Source: Anolis carolinensis
Taxonomy: Eukaryota
NCBI RefSeq assembly: GCF_035594765.1
Contig: NC_085842.1
Span: 135,793,036-135,857,035 of the forward strand
Direction of reading: 5' to 3'
DNA length: 64,000 nucleotides
This document shows, piece by piece, positions 60,182-64,000 of this stretch; the first letter of the stretch is position 1; the number at the start of each line of letters is the position of its first letter. A program made the position numbers and the translations under genes. A model generated the notes under the pieces. It searched no databases. It saw only the letters and a program-made list of their open reading frames with translations, and was not told the DNA's origin.

Positions 60182-60397
60182 AGCATTTTCTCCTGATGTT
60201 TCACCCACATTTATGGCAGGCATCCTCAGAGGTTGGAAGTTTGTTGAAAACTAGGCAATTGGGGTCTCTATATCTGTGGAAGGTCCAAGGTGGGAGAAAG
60301 AACTCTTGTCTGTTTGAGGCAAGTGTGAATGTTACAATTGATCACCTTGATTAGGATTGAATAGCCTTGCAGCTTCAAAGCTTGGCTGCTTCCTCCT
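60182..60397 (-). mobile_element. Penelope-like fragment with hammerhead motif (60192-60232) abutting the MRPL38 promoter
   Basis: Homologous to 59185-59400; CUGAGGA...GAAACAUC. Confidence 0.72.
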
Positions 60398-60723
60398 AGG
60401 ACCCCAATAATATAGACAAAGGTCTATAATAAAGACTTTTTAAAACCCAAAGCAGTGTCAACGTGGGAACTATTGAAGCTCACACACGTACATGCCGATA
60501 ATATCCTACAGAAGTTATTTTGGTGTCAGTGTGCACATAACTATTGCACATTAGCATCTTTCTATACATGCACACACATATATATTAATATGCCACAGAA
60601 TTCCTTATAGGTGTGTGTGTGTGCGTGCATGCATAAAAGGACTTCTGCAGCCTATTATAGATACTGCATAGGCTTACACACACACGTATGTTGATAATAG
60701 GCTACACAGGATTCTTTAGTAAT

Positions 60724-61040
60724 GGTAAAGATTTTCCCCTGACATGAAGTCTAGTCGTGTCCAATTCTGGGGGTTGGTGTTCATCTCCATTTCTAAGCCA
60801 AAGAGCCAGCATTGTCCGTAGACACCTCCAAGGTCATGTGGCTGGCATGACTGCATGGAGCGCTGTTACCTTCCTGCCAGAGCAGTACCTATTGATCTAC
60901 TCACATTTGCATGTTTTTGAACTGCTAGGTTGGCAGAAGCTGAGGTTAACAGCTGAGCTCACCCTGCTCCCCGGATTCGAACCGCTTTTCAGTAAGCAAG
61001 TTCAGCAGCTCAGCGGTTTAACCCGCTGCACCACCAGGGA
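60724..61040 (-). mobile_element. Sauria SINE
   Basis: Full body; GGTTCGAATCC B-box on minus strand. Confidence 0.85.
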
Positions 61041-62888
61041 CTTCTATGGAACAGTGCCAAATAGATAAAAAATATATAAATAATTATAGCGATAAACTGA
61101 AAAGAAAGCAGCTGAAAAGTTGTAATAATCAGATGATTCCTGGAAGTAGAGATTTGTTTTTTGAGGCTTTTAAAAGGCCAGTGAGAGACTGCATGAGTCT
61201 TGAGACCAGGATTCAAATCCTTGCTTAGTGAGGCTAAACCAGGACACTCAAACCCAACCATCGAGGTCCACGTCATCATTATGGCTGCCTCTAAAGGGCC
61301 ATTGAATGCATGGATAATGCTCAGTTTTTACTCATTTGGGTCCCCAGATGCTTTTGAGAGACAACTCCCATCACTTTTGATTATTCATTGTGCAGACTGG
61401 GGATAATGGGAATTGCAACCCAACAGCCCTTGTGGCTCTGAGGTTGGGGAAAGGTTAAAGGACGTGGTGAAGCATCATATCCTCAAGCCTTGTATCTAAA
61501 TTCAAACCCCACTCTCCTGACTAAACCGAACAAACTAGGACAAAAGTCCACATCTAGTTGACACATGTAGATTAGATGAAAGTCTTGTGGTGTTATTATT
61601 TTGATATCACAGGGCAGAAGAAATGGCCTAGGACAGGGTAGGAAGGCACCATCCCTATATTGTTATTCATATTGTTGGCCCTTTGTACCCACAGATTCCT
61701 CCAACAATATTCAAAAACAACAAAAAATAATCTCAATAGCAAACAGTGCTTTTGCCATTTTTATAAGGGACACCATTTTACTGGATCATTGCATTTAATG
61801 AGCATCCACAGAATTTGGTATCCATGAGGTTCCTGGACTCAATCCCAGCAAATACAGTGGGCTCACTGTGATAGGAATTATTATGTTCTGATTAGCTTAA
61901 TTAATGACATAGTAGAAAAGGTTTTGGGTGTATGTCCATCATACTGCAGGTGCTTATGTTCCAAATACACGTAGCTTAATGTTGTGACTGTGATTCATCA
62001 GCAGAGGGCACAAGTACTATGAAAATTGATCCAGAATGGTGTTACATTTATTAAAAATAACACATAACAGAGGCAACCCTACTGGGTTGTTTGAAGAGAA
62101 AAATAAAATCAAGTGGTTTATCAAACTGTACGTTCTTCAGGCTATCAAAAATTGGGGAAAAAATATAAGAAAGAGAATTAAGACAGCTGTGCTTCAGAAC
62201 TCAACCATGAATTCCCAAAGAAGCTGTGGGACAACAACCAGAGAACAGCCATAAATACCAGAAAACAACAAGTAGTTGTTGGTTTTAGCTTTTAAAGCAC
62301 TTCCTATATAATATTGTCATATAGTGTTTCAGTTGTTTAGAATTCAAGACCTTTTATCCCACAAACTCAGACTCATTGGGTTATTTGGGGGGATTTTCTC
62401 CTCAAAAGTTTTTTGTTCATATTTCTCATAATCTTAAGATTCTCACCCCTTAGCTGGCATGGCATGCCTTATTTTTTATATATATGGGTAGTGCCATTTT
62501 GGTCACATAGATTATCAATGCAAATTCAGGTTGTACCTAGTATACACAAGCGGAACTTTGTAACAACGTTTGTATTTGAAAAGGACCAAAACTTTTCCTT
62601 CCCAGAGAGGAGCTGCCCACTGAATGAGCAGATGGAAAGTGATGGAAGAGTAAATAGGAAAGTTTCTTTGCATGTCCTTGAAAAATCAGCATCAACATCA
62701 AAGGGGAGAGGAGAAACTAAATCCATCAGTACGTTTGAAATGAATTCAATTTAGCATGAGCTTTTGATTTCATGTGCTCATTTTCAAAAGAAATCTGATA
62801 GGTTTTCTATTTCAAGGAAATTTATGTTAGGTAAGCAAAGCTCAAGATTAACAAGCCAAGTGCTCGACATATCTGTATCAACTTTTAC

Positions 62889-62946
<58 letters not shown>

Positions 62947-63010
62947 TTATTCTTATATCCCGCCCCATCTCCCCGAGGGGACTCGGGGCAGCTCACAACA
63001 ATAATAAAAA
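62889..63010 (-). repeat. (TAA)n microsatellite forming the tail of an L2-like 3' end
   Basis: About 18 TAA units followed by TATCCCGCCCC...GAGGGGACTCGGGGCAGCTCAC, as at 32165 and 740. Confidence 0.75.
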
Positions 63011-64000
63011 CAGTGACAAATTACACATTGTAAAATCAAATACAATCTCTTAATGTTTACAGTGTCACACTTTGCATCCTTACATTTTGATCACAACCAC
63101 ACAGCTTTGTAACTGTGTGTTAATATGAAGTTATAAATAAGTTAAAATCAACAGGCAAGGGGTGGGAGGTCTGCAGATTAGTTTAGCAGGTATTTGTTTA
63201 GAATGTGTATACTTTGGTTGTATGCTATCGTTTCTTTTGTATTTAAATAAAATTTGTCTTTGTTTTCTATGGTAGTGATTTTTTGCTTCTTTTTTGTTTT
63301 GTTTTGTGTTGTTGTATTTTATAAGTACCTATGTTTCTTATGTTTAAATAAAATTATTTTAAAAAATAAAAATATTGTACTCTGCCAGTACATCTGACAA
63401 AATGGATTGAAATTTGTGAAAGCTGATGTTAAAATAAACTCATCTCAGAGATGCTGCTAGAGTCCTCTTTCCCCCTTTTCTGTTGTATTTGAGTATTTTT
63501 TCTTTTCCAGATCTCCATCCCATACTAACCCACAACTAGCAGTGAGTTTGTATTCTGTGGGCATTGAAGTCAATCCTCACACCAAGCTGTTTGAGGAATC
63601 CTCCTAACAGGTTTTTTTCTACCTACAAGATTTTTTTCTTTGCATTTCTGCAGTTACATCAAGTCCATTGATATCTGTCTCATATGTTCAATACCTAGTG
63701 GCAATTGGAATATGAAATCAAAATTAGAATGTAATGAAAATGCATGGTATTTTCTTTAATAAACGCAATATATTAAGATTCAGTTCAGATTACTTATGCT
63801 GTATTTCATAAGGAATAGGTTTTTTTCTAAAGGAGTGAGGTTAATCCCTCCCCCTGCAAGGTTTCATTATCATCTTCATAGATAATCTAATAAAGAGAAA
63901 ATCTCTAATTTGTGCCCACATACTATTGTACTTCCTTGCTCTCTGGAATTCCAAATCATATTTCACAATGGATGCTATAATTGTCTTCTGTAGTGCAAAA

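Noticed and set aside
62764-63033. Poly-Ile ORFs on both strands
   Set aside because: Translation of the (TAA)n microsatellite
61100-64000. Possible 3' end of the next syntenic gene (FBF1 in mammals); minus-strand AATAAA at 62047-62052
   Set aside because: No coding exon recognisable in the window; synteny alone is insufficient

Overview
Vertebrate genomic DNA, almost certainly a squamate. The Sauria SINE, Anolis-type SINE2, Vingi, CR1, L2, Dong/R4, Penelope and hAT/SPIN repeats suggest an Anolis lizard (inference). Four intron-containing genes lie on the minus strand in the same order as the mammalian WBP2-TRIM47-TRIM65-MRPL38 block: WBP2 (first coding exon only, 1492-1550, continuing off the left edge), TRIM47 (6 coding exons, 8047-29408, 619 aa), TRIM65 (6 coding exons, 33849-46115, 546 aa) and MRPL38 (9 coding exons, 49751-60054, 380 aa). 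The three complete gene models were assembled by hand from GT-AG boundaries and join in frame. Introns and spacers are dense with nested transposons. The most notable non-obvious signals are: (i) several Penelope-derived minimal hammerhead-ribozyme motifs (CUGAnGA...GAAACGUC) near gene 5' ends, one core-intact and in sense orientation in MRPL38 intron 1; (ii) a consensus ISRE immediately upstream of the TRIM65 start codon and an NF-kB/IRF/AP-1 motif cluster in TRIM47 intron 1; (iii) a SPIN-like hAT element with an internal repeat array abutting the TRIM47 promoter. Repeat family names come from recognition of sequence, not from database searches.
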